A DNA stretch of 64,000 bases from an uncultured Gemmatimonadaceae bacterium. Lineage in GTDB: Bacteria > Gemmatimonadota > Gemmatimonadetes > Gemmatimonadales > Gemmatimonadaceae. A model generated the notes under the pieces. That model was not told the DNA's origin. It was given only the letters and a program-made list of their open reading frames with translations, and ran no database searches. The position numbers and the translations under genes are program-made. Positions 29,317 through 39,129 of the stretch are shown here, piece after piece (the stretch's first letter is position 1; each line of letters starts with the position of its first letter). The stretch covers positions 2,432,001-2,496,000 of the forward strand of contig CAVUDW010000003.1 in the NCBI GenBank assembly GCA_963740355.1, in the 5' to 3' direction.

Positions 29317-30933
29317 ATGACCACTCGTCGAGAATTCGTCGCCACCACCGCGATCGCCGCCGGTGCCCTCGCCCTCGGGCGACCACAGGACGCTGCCGCG
29401 CACACGCGTTTGATGCCGCATGTGCAACAGCGCATGGACGCACCCACGCGCGACCTGCTGATGCTCGCACTCGACACCGCCAAGCGGGGCGGGGCCAGCT
29501 ACGCCGACGTGCGCATCCAGCGCGTGCAGCGGAACGCCGTCTTCACCCGCGAACGCCAGGTGCTCGACGTGGTGGACAGCGACACCATTGGCTGCGGTGT
29601 CCGTGCGCTGGTTGATGGGTGCTGGGGCTTCGCTGCCACTCCACGTCTCACCAACGAAGGCATCCAGCGCGCTGCATCAGAGGCTGTCGCAACGGCCAAG
29701 GCCAATCGTATTGCGCGTGACCGGCCCGTCGAGCTGGCGCCAAACCCGAGTCATCCCGACGCCACCTGGTCGAGCGGCTTCACCATCGATCCGTTCAACA
29801 TCTCGATCGAGGAGAAGACGACCCTCGCGATCGCCGCCAACGCCGCCGCACTGTCCGTACCCGGGGTGCGATTCGTGAGCACGCAGCTGCAGTTCGTGAA
29901 GGAGGAGCGCAATTACGCCAACACCGACGGCTCGGTGATCGCGCAAACGCTGGTGCGCACGTATACGCCGATGGCGATCACCGCCGTCAGCGCTGATCGC
30001 AGCGACTTCGCCATCCGCGACGCCGTCGTGCAGCCGACGGGTCGTGGCTGGGAATCGGTGCTCGAGAACAACCTTGTCGTAAATGCCAAGAAGTGGGCAG
30101 AAGAAGCAGCCGAGAAGCTGACGGCGAAGTCGGTCGAGCCCGGGCGGTACGACCTGATCCTTCATCCGTCGAATCTTGGTCTCACGCTGCACGAATCGGT
30201 CGCGCACCCGACGGAGCTCGATCGCGCCTACGGCTACGAAGCGAATTACGCCGGTACCTCGTTCGTTGCACCGCCCGACAAGGTGCTCGGCACCTTGAAG
30301 TTCGGTTCACCTATCATGAACATCTACGGCGATCGCTCGCAGCCCGGCGGGTGTGCCACCATCGGGTATGACGACGACGGGGTGAAGCCGGATCAGTTCG
30401 ACATCATCAAGGATGGTGTCGTCGTCGACTACCAGACCACCCGCGAACAGGCGATGTGGCTCGACTGGTGGTACAAGAAGCGCGGCATGCCGACGCGCAG
30501 TCATGGCTGTTCGTATGCTGACTCGTGGAGCAGTGTCGCCTTCCAGCGCATGCCGAACGTCTCGATCAAGCCGGGGGCGAAGGATCTCAGCTTCAACGAC
30601 CTGATCGCCGCCACCGACAAGGGCATCGCGATCCTCGGTCGCGGATCGTACTCCATCGATCAGCAGCGTTTCAACGGCCAGTTCGGCGGTGCGCTGTTCT
30701 ACGAAGTGCGTGGCGGGAAGATCGTGGGACAGATGCGCGACGTGGCCTACCAGTTCCGCACAACCGAATTCTGGGCCGCGCTCGACATGCTCGGCGGGCA
30801 GAAGTCGTACGAACTCTACGCCACCTTCTCCGACGGCAAGGGACAGCCGGGACAGGCCAACGCCGTCACCCACGGCTGCGTACCGACGCGCCACAAGCAG
30901 GTCAACGTGATCAACACCGGACGGAAGGCATGA
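29317..30933 (+). CDS. tldD: TldD metalloprotease subunit with Tat signal (copy 1)
   Basis: HESVAHPTELD (HExxxH); QRMPN; C-terminal GKGQPGQ...THGC; N-terminal TRREFV. Confidence 0.92.
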   Translation: MTTRREFVATTAIAAGALALGRPQDAAAHTRLMPHVQQRMDAPTRDLLMLALDTAKRGGASYADVRIQRVQRNAVFTRERQVLDVVDSDTIGCGVRALVDGCWGFAATPRLTNEGIQRAASEAVATAKANRIARDRPVELAPNPSHPDATWSSGFTIDPFNISIEEKTTLAIAANAAALSVPGVRFVSTQLQFVKEERNYANTDGSVIAQTLVRTYTPMAITAVSADRSDFAIRDAVVQPTGRGWESVLENNLVVNAKKWAEEAAEKLTAKSVEPGRYDLILHPSNLGLTLHESVAHPTELDRAYGYEANYAGTSFVAPPDKVLGTLKFGSPIMNIYGDRSQPGGCATIGYDDDGVKPDQFDIIKDGVVVDYQTTREQAMWLDWWYKKRGMPTRSHGCSYADSWSSVAFQRMPNVSIKPGAKDLSFNDLIAATDKGIAILGRGSYSIDQQRFNGQFGGALFYEVRGGKIVGQMRDVAYQFRTTEFWAALDMLGGQKSYELYATFSDGKGQPGQANAVTHGCVPTRHKQVNVINTGRKA

Positions 30934-32318
30934 GCATCATCCTCGATCCGCGCGCTCCGCGCTCGCTCTTCGCCGACGACACCGTCATCTCCCGCGCCGA
31001 TGCGCAGCGCGTGGTTGAAAGTGTGGTCAAGCTGTCGCGCGCCGACTCGGTGCAGGCCGTCATTCGTTCGTCGCGGACACGCAACGTTCGGTTCGCCGCC
31101 AACCAGCTCTCCACGGCCGGCGTGGTCGAAGACACCACGCTGGTGGTGATGTCGTTCATCGGGCGAAAGCATTCCGCCGTCACCACCAACGATCTCTCGC
31201 CGGAAAGCATCGAGCGCACGGTGCGAAAGGCGGAAGCGATCGCGAAACTGGCCCCGGATGATCCGGAGATGCTGCCAGTGCTCGGCCAGCAGAACCTGCG
31301 CGACCTGACCGCCGCCTGGGACGAGGCGACCGCCACCCTCCCGGCAGGCGATGTCACGGCCGCCGCCAACACGGCGCTCGGGCCTGCCCGTCGCGCCGGC
31401 AGCACGCTCAACGTGGCCGGTTTCCTGGTGACCGGTGCTGACGCGATCGCGATTGGTACGAGTGCCGGCCTTTTCTCCTACCACCGCGGCACCAGCGCCA
31501 ACTACACCCTCACCGTCCGCACCGCCGACGGCACTGGCTCCGGCTGGAGTGGCGAAGATGCCGTCGCCTGGAGTTCGCTCAACTTTGCGGCCGTCAGTGC
31601 GCAGGCGATCGAGAAGGCGGAGAAGTCCCGAAATCCTGTCGCAATCGAACCGGGCCGGTACACCGTGATCCTCGAGCCGCAGGCCGTTGGCGACCTCGTG
31701 GGACTGATGCCGCGGTACTTCAACGCCCGCAGCGCCGATGAGGGCCGCTCTCCGTTCGCGAAGCAGGGCGGCGGCAACAAGCTTGGCGAAGTGATCGTGA
31801 ATGCGATGGTGAACCTCACCAGCGACCCCGCCGACCCGATGGTGCTCGCCCAGCCCTTTGATGGCGATGGCATGCCACTGACGAAGCAGTCATGGATCAC
31901 CAACGGGACACTTTCCACGATGCTGGTCCCGCGCGCCTGGGCTGCGCGAAAGAATCTCGTGGCGACAGGCAACCCGAACAACATCATCCTCGCCGGCGGC
32001 ACGACCACTCGCGACCAGATGATCGCCAGCACCCAGCGCGGCGTCCTGGTCACGCGCCTCTGGTACCTCCGCGAGACCGACCCGCGCACCATGAGCTACA
32101 CCGGCCTCACCCGTGACGGCACCTTCCTGATCGAGAACGGCAAGATCTCGAAGTCGATCAAGAACATGCGCTTCAACGAAAGCCCCCTCTTCCTCCTCAA
32201 CAACGTCGAAGCCCTCGGCCCCGTCCGCCGCACCGCCAGCGACGGCCCCGGCACCCAGATCATGCCCATCCTGAAAGCCCGCGACTTCAACTTCACATCG
32301 CTCTCAGACGCCGTGTAG
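30930..32318 (+). CDS. tldE: TldE/PmbA subunit (copy 1)
   Basis: EPGRYTVILEPQAV; TGLTRDGTFLIENG; no HExxxH; ATGA overlap with tldD. Confidence 0.88.
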   Translation: MSIILDPRAPRSLFADDTVISRADAQRVVESVVKLSRADSVQAVIRSSRTRNVRFAANQLSTAGVVEDTTLVVMSFIGRKHSAVTTNDLSPESIERTVRKAEAIAKLAPDDPEMLPVLGQQNLRDLTAAWDEATATLPAGDVTAAANTALGPARRAGSTLNVAGFLVTGADAIAIGTSAGLFSYHRGTSANYTLTVRTADGTGSGWSGEDAVAWSSLNFAAVSAQAIEKAEKSRNPVAIEPGRYTVILEPQAVGDLVGLMPRYFNARSADEGRSPFAKQGGGNKLGEVIVNAMVNLTSDPADPMVLAQPFDGDGMPLTKQSWITNGTLSTMLVPRAWAARKNLVATGNPNNIILAGGTTTRDQMIASTQRGVLVTRLWYLRETDPRTMSYTGLTRDGTFLIENGKISKSIKNMRFNESPLFLLNNVEALGPVRRTASDGPGTQIMPILKARDFNFTSLSDAV

Positions 32319-32379
32319 ATCGAACAGCGTCGGCGCCAAAGCTGGCAGCAGGCGCCGACGCCTCGTCCGTTCCCAAATT

Positions 32380-32520
32380 CCCTGCAGTTGCCCTTCCCCG
32401 CGGCTCCGCGTCCCCCGCGGCTCCGCGTGATACGTGTGGACGCCTCGAATCCCTCTCTCGGGCAACGCAGAGCGACGAAGCCACTACACGACTCACGCGG
32501 AGCCGCGGGGAACTGCTTTG
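32380..32520. repeat. Family B inverted doublet
   Basis: ccccgcggctccgcgtcccccgcggctccgcgtga ... tcacgcggagccgcggggaactgc. Confidence 0.75.
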
Positions 32521-32674
32521 AGGGGTGCGATGGCGCGGGAATCGTGCATGGTGGCAACCCGTCGGCCCGTGCACGAATCCAAATTGTCCCGTCAGCGTAT
32601 TCCTGAGCGTGTGCCGAGCCATGAAGTTCGGCCGCTGATTTTTGCACCAGCACAGCCACCCGAGCCCCACTCGC

Positions 32675-34309
32675 ATGACAACCCGCCGGGATTTTCTGGC
32701 CACCAGCGCCCTGGCCGCCGGAGCGATGGCCGTCGCGTCGTTGCCGGCTGAAGCCGAAGCCGCCGCACGTCGCTTCGCACCACAGCATCGACCGCACGTG
32801 CAGCCGCCGATGGACGCGCCCACCAAGGATCTCTTGATGGCCGCGCTCAACTCCGCCAAGATGTCGGGCGCGTCCTTCGCCGACGCACGCATCGGGCGAA
32901 CGCGCCGCAACTTCGTCATCACGCGCGAACAGCAGATCATCGAGATCGTCGACACCGACACCATGGGCTGCGGCATTCGCGCGCTGGTCGATGGATGTTG
33001 GGGCTTCGCCGCCACGCGCACGCTGACCGCCGACGGTGTTGCTGCCGCTGCGAAGGAAGCCGCCGCCATCGCGAAAGCCAATCGTGTCGCACGTGACCGC
33101 TCGGTCGAACTCGCGCCCGCCCCATCACTCGGCGAACGCACCTGGTCGAATGGCTTCACCATCGACCCGTGGAGCATCCCGATCGAGCAGAAGGCCGACC
33201 TGCTGCTGAAGGCGAACGCCGAAGCGATGAAGGTCGCCGGCGTGAAGTACGTCGCCAGCCAGATGTTCTTCGTCAAGGAAGAGAAGAACTACGCCAACAG
33301 CGAAGGCACCATCACCACGCAGACCATCGTGCGCAGCTGGGCGCCGATGAGCATCACCGCCATCTCGTCCGACTTCACCGACTTCCAGAGTCGCAGCAAC
33401 ACCGTGCAGCCCGCCGGTCGTGGCTACGAACACATCGTCGAAGCCGACATCGTCGGCAACGCACGCAAGTGGGGTGAGGAAGCGGCCGAGAAATTGAAGG
33501 CGAAGGCCGTCGAGCCGGGTCGCTACGATCTCGTGCTGCATCCGTCGCATCTCTGGCTCACCATTCACGAATCCGTCGGCCATCCGACTGAGCTCGATCG
33601 CGCCAGCGGTTACGAGGCCAACTACGCCGGCACCAGCTTCGTCAGCCCGCCAGAGAAGATTCTCGGCGCGCTCAAGTACGGACCGCCGATGTTGAACGTG
33701 CAGGGCGATCGTTCACAGCCTGGCGCCTGCGCCACGGTTGGCTACGATGACGAGGGTGTCGTGCCAGAGGACTTCCTGATCATCAAGAACGGCATCGTCA
33801 ACGACTACCAGACCACGCGCGAGCAGGCCAACTGGCTCAAGTGGTGGTACGACAAGAACGGCAAGCCGACACGCAGCCATGGCTGCTCATATGGTGACAA
33901 CTGGAGCAGCGTGCAGTTCCAGCGGATGCCGAACGTGTCGGTATTGCCTGGTGCGAAGGAGCAGTCATACGAGGACATCATCGCCGCTACTGACAAGGGC
34001 ATCGCAATCGTTGGCGACGGCAGCTTCTCCATCGACCAGCAGCGCTACAACGCGCAGTTCGGCGGCCAGCTGTTCTACGAGATCAAGGGTGGCAAGGTGA
34101 CTGGCATGCTGAAGGACGTGGCCTACCAGATGCGCACGCCGGAATTCTGGAACGCGCTCGACATGCTCGGCGGAAAGAAGAGCTACATGCTCGGCGCCAG
34201 CTTCTTCGATGGCAAGGGTCAGCCTGGCCAGTCCAATTCCGTCAGCCATGGCTGTCCGCCAACGCGTCACCGCCAGATCAACGTCATCAACACGGGACGC
34301 AAGGCATGA
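32675..34309 (+). CDS. tldD: TldD metalloprotease subunit with Tat signal (copy 2)
   Basis: HESVGHPTELD; C-terminal SHGC; N-terminal TRRDFL, hydrophobic stretch, AEA. Confidence 0.92.
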   Translation: MTTRRDFLATSALAAGAMAVASLPAEAEAAARRFAPQHRPHVQPPMDAPTKDLLMAALNSAKMSGASFADARIGRTRRNFVITREQQIIEIVDTDTMGCGIRALVDGCWGFAATRTLTADGVAAAAKEAAAIAKANRVARDRSVELAPAPSLGERTWSNGFTIDPWSIPIEQKADLLLKANAEAMKVAGVKYVASQMFFVKEEKNYANSEGTITTQTIVRSWAPMSITAISSDFTDFQSRSNTVQPAGRGYEHIVEADIVGNARKWGEEAAEKLKAKAVEPGRYDLVLHPSHLWLTIHESVGHPTELDRASGYEANYAGTSFVSPPEKILGALKYGPPMLNVQGDRSQPGACATVGYDDEGVVPEDFLIIKNGIVNDYQTTREQANWLKWWYDKNGKPTRSHGCSYGDNWSSVQFQRMPNVSVLPGAKEQSYEDIIAATDKGIAIVGDGSFSIDQQRYNAQFGGQLFYEIKGGKVTGMLKDVAYQMRTPEFWNALDMLGGKKSYMLGASFFDGKGQPGQSNSVSHGCPPTRHRQINVINTGRKA

Positions 34310-35697
34310 CATCGAAATTTGATCCCCGCGCCCCGAAGCGGCTGCTCGACGCAGCCGACGAACTTGTCTCGCGCGACGAAGCACAGCGTGTCATCGAGAG
34401 CGCCGTCAAGCTCTCGAAGGCCGATGCGGTACAGGTGAATCTCGGTGGTGGACGCCAGCGCAACGTGCGCTTCGCGGCTAACCAGATGTCCACTGCCGGT
34501 ATGGTGACCGACCTCTCGCTGGTCGTGACATCGAGCTTCGGCCCCAAGCACGCGATCACGACCACCAACGATCTGTCGCCCGAAGGCATCGAGCGGGCAG
34601 TTCGTCAGTCGGAGGCGATCGCGAAGCTCGCACCCGATGATCCGGAAGCGATGCCGTACCTGCCGCAGCAGAATGTCACGCCGGTCACAGCGGCGTGGGA
34701 CGAAGCGACGGTCAACCTGACCGCCGACGAATGCGCCAAGGCAGCGCTCACCGCGCTCGGTCCGGCCCGCACCAAGGGCTCAATCCAGGCCGCCGGCTTC
34801 CTGCAGGTGGATGCCAACGTGAATGCGCTCGGCAATAGTGCTGGCATGTTCCTCTATCACCGCGGCACGAAGTCGAACTACACGTTGACCGTGCGGACGG
34901 CTGACGGCACCGGTTCCGGATGGGCCGGCGCTGAGCAGCCGCAATTCTCGGCGGTCGACTTCGCGGGACTCAGTGCGCGTGCCATCGAGAAGGCGGAGCT
35001 GTCGCGCAATCCGGTGGCGATCGAGCCCGGACGCTACACCGTCATCCTCGAGCCACAGGCCGTCGGCGACCTCGTGTCATTGGTCGCGTTCTACGCCGAT
35101 GCGCGTGCGGCGGACGAAGGACGGTCGCCATTCGTCAAGCAGGGCGGCGGCAACAAGCTGGGCGAAAAGATCGCCGATGAACGCGTTTCGTTGTACAGCG
35201 ATCCGTTCGACCCGAAGATCCTCACGGATCCCTTCGATGGTGAGGGCTTCCCGCTCACCCGTCGCAACTGGATCGACAAGGGCGTGCTGAAGGAGATGCA
35301 GTACGGTCGGTTCTGGGCCAAGAAGCAGAACAAGCAGCCGACCGGCGGCGCGAACAACATCGTGTTGAGTGGTGGCAGCACGACGCGTGAGCAGATGATC
35401 GCGAGCACCCAGCGTGGCATTCTCGTCACGCGCCTGTGGTATCTGCGCGAAGTCGATCCACGCACGCTGCTCTACACCGGCCTCACGCGCGACGGCACGT
35501 TCCTGATCGAGAATGGCAAGATCACGAAGGCGATCAAGAACATGCGCTTCAACGAGAGCCCGCTGTTCATGCTCAACAACATCGACGCACTCGGTCCCAC
35601 GGAGCGCGTTGCGGGCATCGAGGCAGGCATTCCCTGCGTCATGCCGTTGCTGAAGGCGAAAGACTTCAACTTCACGTCGCTCTCGGACGCCGTCTGA
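34306..35697 (+). CDS. tldE: TldE/PmbA subunit (copy 2)
   Basis: Paralog of copy 1; ATGA overlap; identical C-terminus DFNFTSLSDAV. Confidence 0.88.
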   Translation: MTSKFDPRAPKRLLDAADELVSRDEAQRVIESAVKLSKADAVQVNLGGGRQRNVRFAANQMSTAGMVTDLSLVVTSSFGPKHAITTTNDLSPEGIERAVRQSEAIAKLAPDDPEAMPYLPQQNVTPVTAAWDEATVNLTADECAKAALTALGPARTKGSIQAAGFLQVDANVNALGNSAGMFLYHRGTKSNYTLTVRTADGTGSGWAGAEQPQFSAVDFAGLSARAIEKAELSRNPVAIEPGRYTVILEPQAVGDLVSLVAFYADARAADEGRSPFVKQGGGNKLGEKIADERVSLYSDPFDPKILTDPFDGEGFPLTRRNWIDKGVLKEMQYGRFWAKKQNKQPTGGANNIVLSGGSTTREQMIASTQRGILVTRLWYLREVDPRTLLYTGLTRDGTFLIENGKITKAIKNMRFNESPLFMLNNIDALGPTERVAGIEAGIPCVMPLLKAKDFNFTSLSDAV

Positions 35698-35734
35698 GGC
35701 GGAGCGCGGCTGGCAGAGTCGAACGAGCCGAGTC

Positions 35735-35780
35735 AAAACAGGAACGCCGCCCCGAGAATCTCGGAGCGGCGTTTCTGCTT
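35735..35780. terminator. Probable bidirectional terminator between tldE and tRNA
   Basis: aaaacaggaacgccgc-ccgagaatctcgg-agcggcgtttctgctt. Confidence 0.65.
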
Positions 35781-35786
35781 GCAGAG

Positions 35787-35858
35787 CTGGGGCGGCAGGA
35801 CTCGAACCTGCAACATCCCGGTTAACAGCCGGGTGGTCTGCCATTGACCTACACCCCA
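35787..35858 (-). tRNA. tRNA-Asn (GTT), CCA not encoded
   Basis: TGGGGTG...CCCGG-CTGTTAA-CCGGG...GCAGGTTCGAGTCCTGC-CGCCCCA-G cloverleaf. Confidence 0.95.
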
Positions 35859-35951
35859 TCACGGACTCACAACTTGTCAGCGCCAGGGAGAAAAGTGTAG
35901 GCCTTCGGACCAGAATGCTGCTGGACCGTGACCTCAGCCGAATCGTGACGA

Positions 35952-36236
35952 CTACTTCTTCTCAGGCGCCTTGGCTGCAGTATCGGCAGCAGGAGCCGCG
36001 GCAGGCGTGGCTGTCGAGTCCGCTGCCGGAGCTGCGGCCGCCTTCCCGTTGTTCGGATTCTTGTCCGCACCGGCGGCATTCAGGTAGCCCGGGGTGCTGC
36101 CGATCGAGCCATTGGCGCCAGCGCCGCCGTACGGGACGGCCGTATCGCCCTTTCCGGGGCTATCGGCGGTCTTCTCGCACGCCGTGGTCAGGACGACGGC
36201 GGCAATCAGCAGCGAGGCAAGGCGAACGGTCCGCAT
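35952..36236 (-). CDS. Small Ala/Pro-rich lipoprotein, unknown function
   Basis: Signal with TTAC lipobox; GGAG SD; low-complexity tail. Confidence 0.7.
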   Translation of the reverse strand: MRTVRLASLLIAAVVLTTACEKTADSPGKGDTAVPYGGAGANGSIGSTPGYLNAAGADKNPNNGKAAAAPAADSTATPAAAPAADTAAKAPEKK

Positions 36237-36340
36237 TCAGGCTCCAGAAATCGTGGCAATGTTCGGGTGATGCGGAAAGTTAGTCAGGCCGCGCAACGGC
36301 GTGGACTGCAGGGGGGCAGGTCGCGTACGACTGGACCCCA

Positions 36341-36673
36341 TCACTTCCGGAGGAGCAGCTTCCGGCGCTGCCGGATCTCCGTCTCGAGCCGGGCGCACAT
36401 CAGGTCACACAGCTGGAAGACGCTCTTGTCGGCGAGGGCGTAGTACACGAACAACCCTTCCTTTCGCCGGACGACGAAGCCGAGGGAAAAGAGCATCTGC
36501 AGGTGCTTCGACACATTCGCCTGGCCGAAGCCAGTGGCATCGACCAGCTCGCCGACCGTACGCTCACCGCTGCGCAGCGTGTTGAGGATCTCGAGGCGCG
36601 CAGGCTCGGCCAGTGCCTTGAACTTGTCGGCGACCAACGCGAGCACTTCGGGCGTCATTTCGAGACTTGGCAT
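36341..36673 (-). CDS. ArsR/SmtB family regulator
   Basis: FKALAEPARLEIL...QANVSKHL...RRKEGLFVYY; C-terminal CDLMC. Confidence 0.92.
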   Translation of the reverse strand: MPSLEMTPEVLALVADKFKALAEPARLEILNTLRSGERTVGELVDATGFGQANVSKHLQMLFSLGFVVRRKEGLFVYYALADKSVFQLCDLMCARLETEIRQRRKLLLRK

Positions 36674-36741
36674 TCAAACTCCATTCCCGGTTCGGGAGGT
36701 AGACAGCACGCGCGACAGCCGGCCGCGCGAGACAAGAGCGT

Positions 36742-38202
36742 TCAGTGAGCGGTGACCGACGCCGATGCGCCAACCGAATGTTCCACGGGAAGGTTTGCGG
36801 CTTCCCACGCTGCAAAGCCGCCTGACATGTTCATCACGTTCGTGAATCCATGTGCGCGCATCAGGCTCGCCCCGATCGCTGATCGCGCGCCGCCCTGACA
36901 GTGCAGCACCAGTGGACTCGAGGTCGGCAACTCGGCCAGATGATCGGTGAGGTAGCCGAGCGGAATGTTCGCGACGCCGGGCAGGTGACCCGCCTCCCAT
37001 TCCGTCGCGCCTCGCACATCCAGCACCGTCACTTCTCCGGCCTTGATTCGTTTCGCCACCTCGTCCGGCGACAGCTGCGGCATCGTGGCCAACATCCGGC
37101 CAGCGGCCGTTTCTGCACCGAGGGCGTCGATACCGAAGAATCCCGCAACGTGATCGAGGCCGATCATGGCGAGGTCACGCACCGCGGTGTCGATTGCGCT
37201 ACTGTCGCCGTCGTCATCGACCAGCAGGTAAAACGGCTGGTCGAAGGCCAGCATCCAACCCGCCCACGTGTTGAAGCTCTTGTTGAGCGGGATGTTGATC
37301 GTGCCCGGCACGAAGGCGTCCGCGTACGCCGTCGCCGATCGTGTATCGACCACGCTTGCGCCACTCGCCACCAGCTCTGCCAATCGTGATGGGGCGAGTC
37401 GTTCGGGACGCGTGAAGCCGTTCAGGATCGCTGGACCAATCTTGTTGATCCGCTTCATCTCGGCGAAGTATTTCGGCGGCTCGGGCTGGCCAGCCAATAC
37501 CGCGTCGACGAACTCCTGCTCATCGCTGATCACCAGTCCCCAGTTCGCGACCTTTTCATAGCCGATTGTCGTCATCGGTACTGCGCCCAGTGCCTTGCCG
37601 CACGCCGAACCCGCGCCGTGGCCGGGCCAGATCTGCAGGTGATCCGGCAGTTGCTTGAAGGCCTGCAGGCTGTGGAACAGTGTGCGGGCACCGGCCTCCA
37701 TCGTGCCCATCACCTTGGCGGCTTTCTCCAGCAGGTCGGGCCGACCGACATCGCCCACGAAAACGAAGTCACCAGTCAGCACGCCCATCGGGCCAGCCGA
37801 CGCCGGCGTGTCAGTGACCACGAACGACAGGTGCTCCGGTGTGTGACCTGGTGTGTGCAGGACTTCGAACTTGAGATTGCCAACCATGAACACATCGTGG
37901 TCATGCAGCAATGTCGCGTGCGACTGACTTGCGAAGGCGTATTTCCAGTCGGCATCACCTTCATCGGAGAGCAGCAATTGCGCGCCCGTGCGCTGCGCGA
38001 GCTCACGGCTTCCGGAGACGAAATCGGCGTGGATGTGTGTCTCGGTGACATGCGTCACGCGCAGCCCTTCCTCATCGGCCGCGTCGATGTACTGCGCCAC
38101 GTCGCGGTTGGCGTCCACGACCAGCGCTTCACCGGTGGCCTGGCAGCCGATCAGGTAGCTCGCCTGCGCGAGCTTGGTGTCATAGAATCGCTTGAGCAGC
38201 AC
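36742..38202 (-). CDS. MBL-fold persulfide dioxygenase-rhodanese fusion (CstB-like)
   Basis: ETHIHADF; HTPGHTPEH; GDVGRPDL; PGHGAGSACG; two rhodanese domains, the last with CQGGARS. Confidence 0.92.
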   Translation of the reverse strand: MLLKRFYDTKLAQASYLIGCQATGEALVVDANRDVAQYIDAADEEGLRVTHVTETHIHADFVSGSRELAQRTGAQLLLSDEGDADWKYAFASQSHATLLHDHDVFMVGNLKFEVLHTPGHTPEHLSFVVTDTPASAGPMGVLTGDFVFVGDVGRPDLLEKAAKVMGTMEAGARTLFHSLQAFKQLPDHLQIWPGHGAGSACGKALGAVPMTTIGYEKVANWGLVISDEQEFVDAVLAGQPEPPKYFAEMKRINKIGPAILNGFTRPERLAPSRLAELVASGASVVDTRSATAYADAFVPGTINIPLNKSFNTWAGWMLAFDQPFYLLVDDDGDSSAIDTAVRDLAMIGLDHVAGFFGIDALGAETAAGRMLATMPQLSPDEVAKRIKAGEVTVLDVRGATEWEAGHLPGVANIPLGYLTDHLAELPTSSPLVLHCQGGARSAIGASLMRAHGFTNVMNMSGGFAAWEAANLPVEHSVGASASVTAH

Positions 38203-39058
38203 GGTCGCTGTCTCCCGCTCCGATGGAGCTGGTAAGTGTCACCGCGTCGTGGTCGCGCAGCGCTGACGCATGTCGCACGTCAGGCGGCGGGAAGAACACA
38301 CTGCGGTTCTTGTACAGGATGAACGAGCCCATCACGATCAGGAACAACGAGAACGCCTGCTTCAGCGCGCGCTGCGAGATGAATCGGACGAGGTACGCGC
38401 CGGCGAGGATGCCACTGACCGCGAAGGCCGTGAAGGTGGCCATGAACAACCATGGCACCTCGACTGCGCCGAGGTATCCGGCGAAGCCTGACGCCGAGTT
38501 CATGGCGATCACCAGCAGCGACGTGCCGACGGCCTGCTTCATTGGTGCTCTGGCGAGGATCACGAGGGCGGGCACCACCAGGAATCCGCCGCCGATCCCG
38601 ACCACACCCGTCATCACACCCACCGCCAACGCGACTGGAATCAGCAGCGCCAACGGCATCGTGCGCGACGGTTCGGTCGCGGTGTTCTGTGCCGACGGTG
38701 TCCGTCTCGCCGAGCGGAACATCAACACCGCCGCTACCACCATCACGACCGCCAGCAGCGACAGTTGCACCTGTCCGTTGAGCAGCACGGCGAGCTTGGC
38801 GCCGGCGAACGCACCGAGCATGGCGATCACGCCGAACATGCCGGCCGCCTTCAGGTCGACGTTGCCGGCCTTCCAGTGCCCCCACGCCCCAACGAGGCTG
38901 GTCACGCCGACGACCGGCAGGCTCATCGCAATGGCCAGCTTCGGGTCGTAGCCGAGCACGTAGACGAAGATGGGCACGGTCAAGATCGACCCGCCCCCGC
39001 CCATGACCCCGAGCGAGAGCCCCACCACCGTCGCCAGCACGTATCCCAGCACGATCAC
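38180..39058 (-). CDS. TauE/SafE sulfite exporter family
   Basis: GVMGGGGSILTVP and GIGGGFLVVP repeats; AVGTSL. Confidence 0.92.
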   Translation of the reverse strand: MIVLGYVLATVVGLSLGVMGGGGSILTVPIFVYVLGYDPKLAIAMSLPVVGVTSLVGAWGHWKAGNVDLKAAGMFGVIAMLGAFAGAKLAVLLNGQVQLSLLAVVMVVAAVLMFRSARRTPSAQNTATEPSRTMPLALLIPVALAVGVMTGVVGIGGGFLVVPALVILARAPMKQAVGTSLLVIAMNSASGFAGYLGAVEVPWLFMATFTAFAVSGILAGAYLVRFISQRALKQAFSLFLIVMGSFILYKNRSVFFPPPDVRHASALRDHDAVTLTSSIGAGDSDRAAQAIL

Positions 39059-39088
39059 GCCGCCCCCCTCACGCTAGATCCCGTCATC

Positions 39089-39117
39089 ATTATACAACCA
39101 TGTAGTTGTTTATGCAA
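39089..39117 (-). promoter_or_regulatory. Sigma70 promoter with palindromic operator in spacer
   Basis: TTGCAT-17bp-TATAAT; TAAACAAC-N6-GTTGTATA inverted repeat. Confidence 0.8.
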
Positions 39118-39129
39118 CAAGAGAGGCTG

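Noticed and set aside
35787..35858. tRNA as integration site of a genomic island
   Set aside because: No integrase and no duplicated tRNA 3' end seen in the window
29059..36236. RiPP cluster around TldD/E
   Set aside because: No YcaO, radical SAM or lanthipeptide enzyme and no convincing precursor; the 94-aa ORF looks like a lipoprotein
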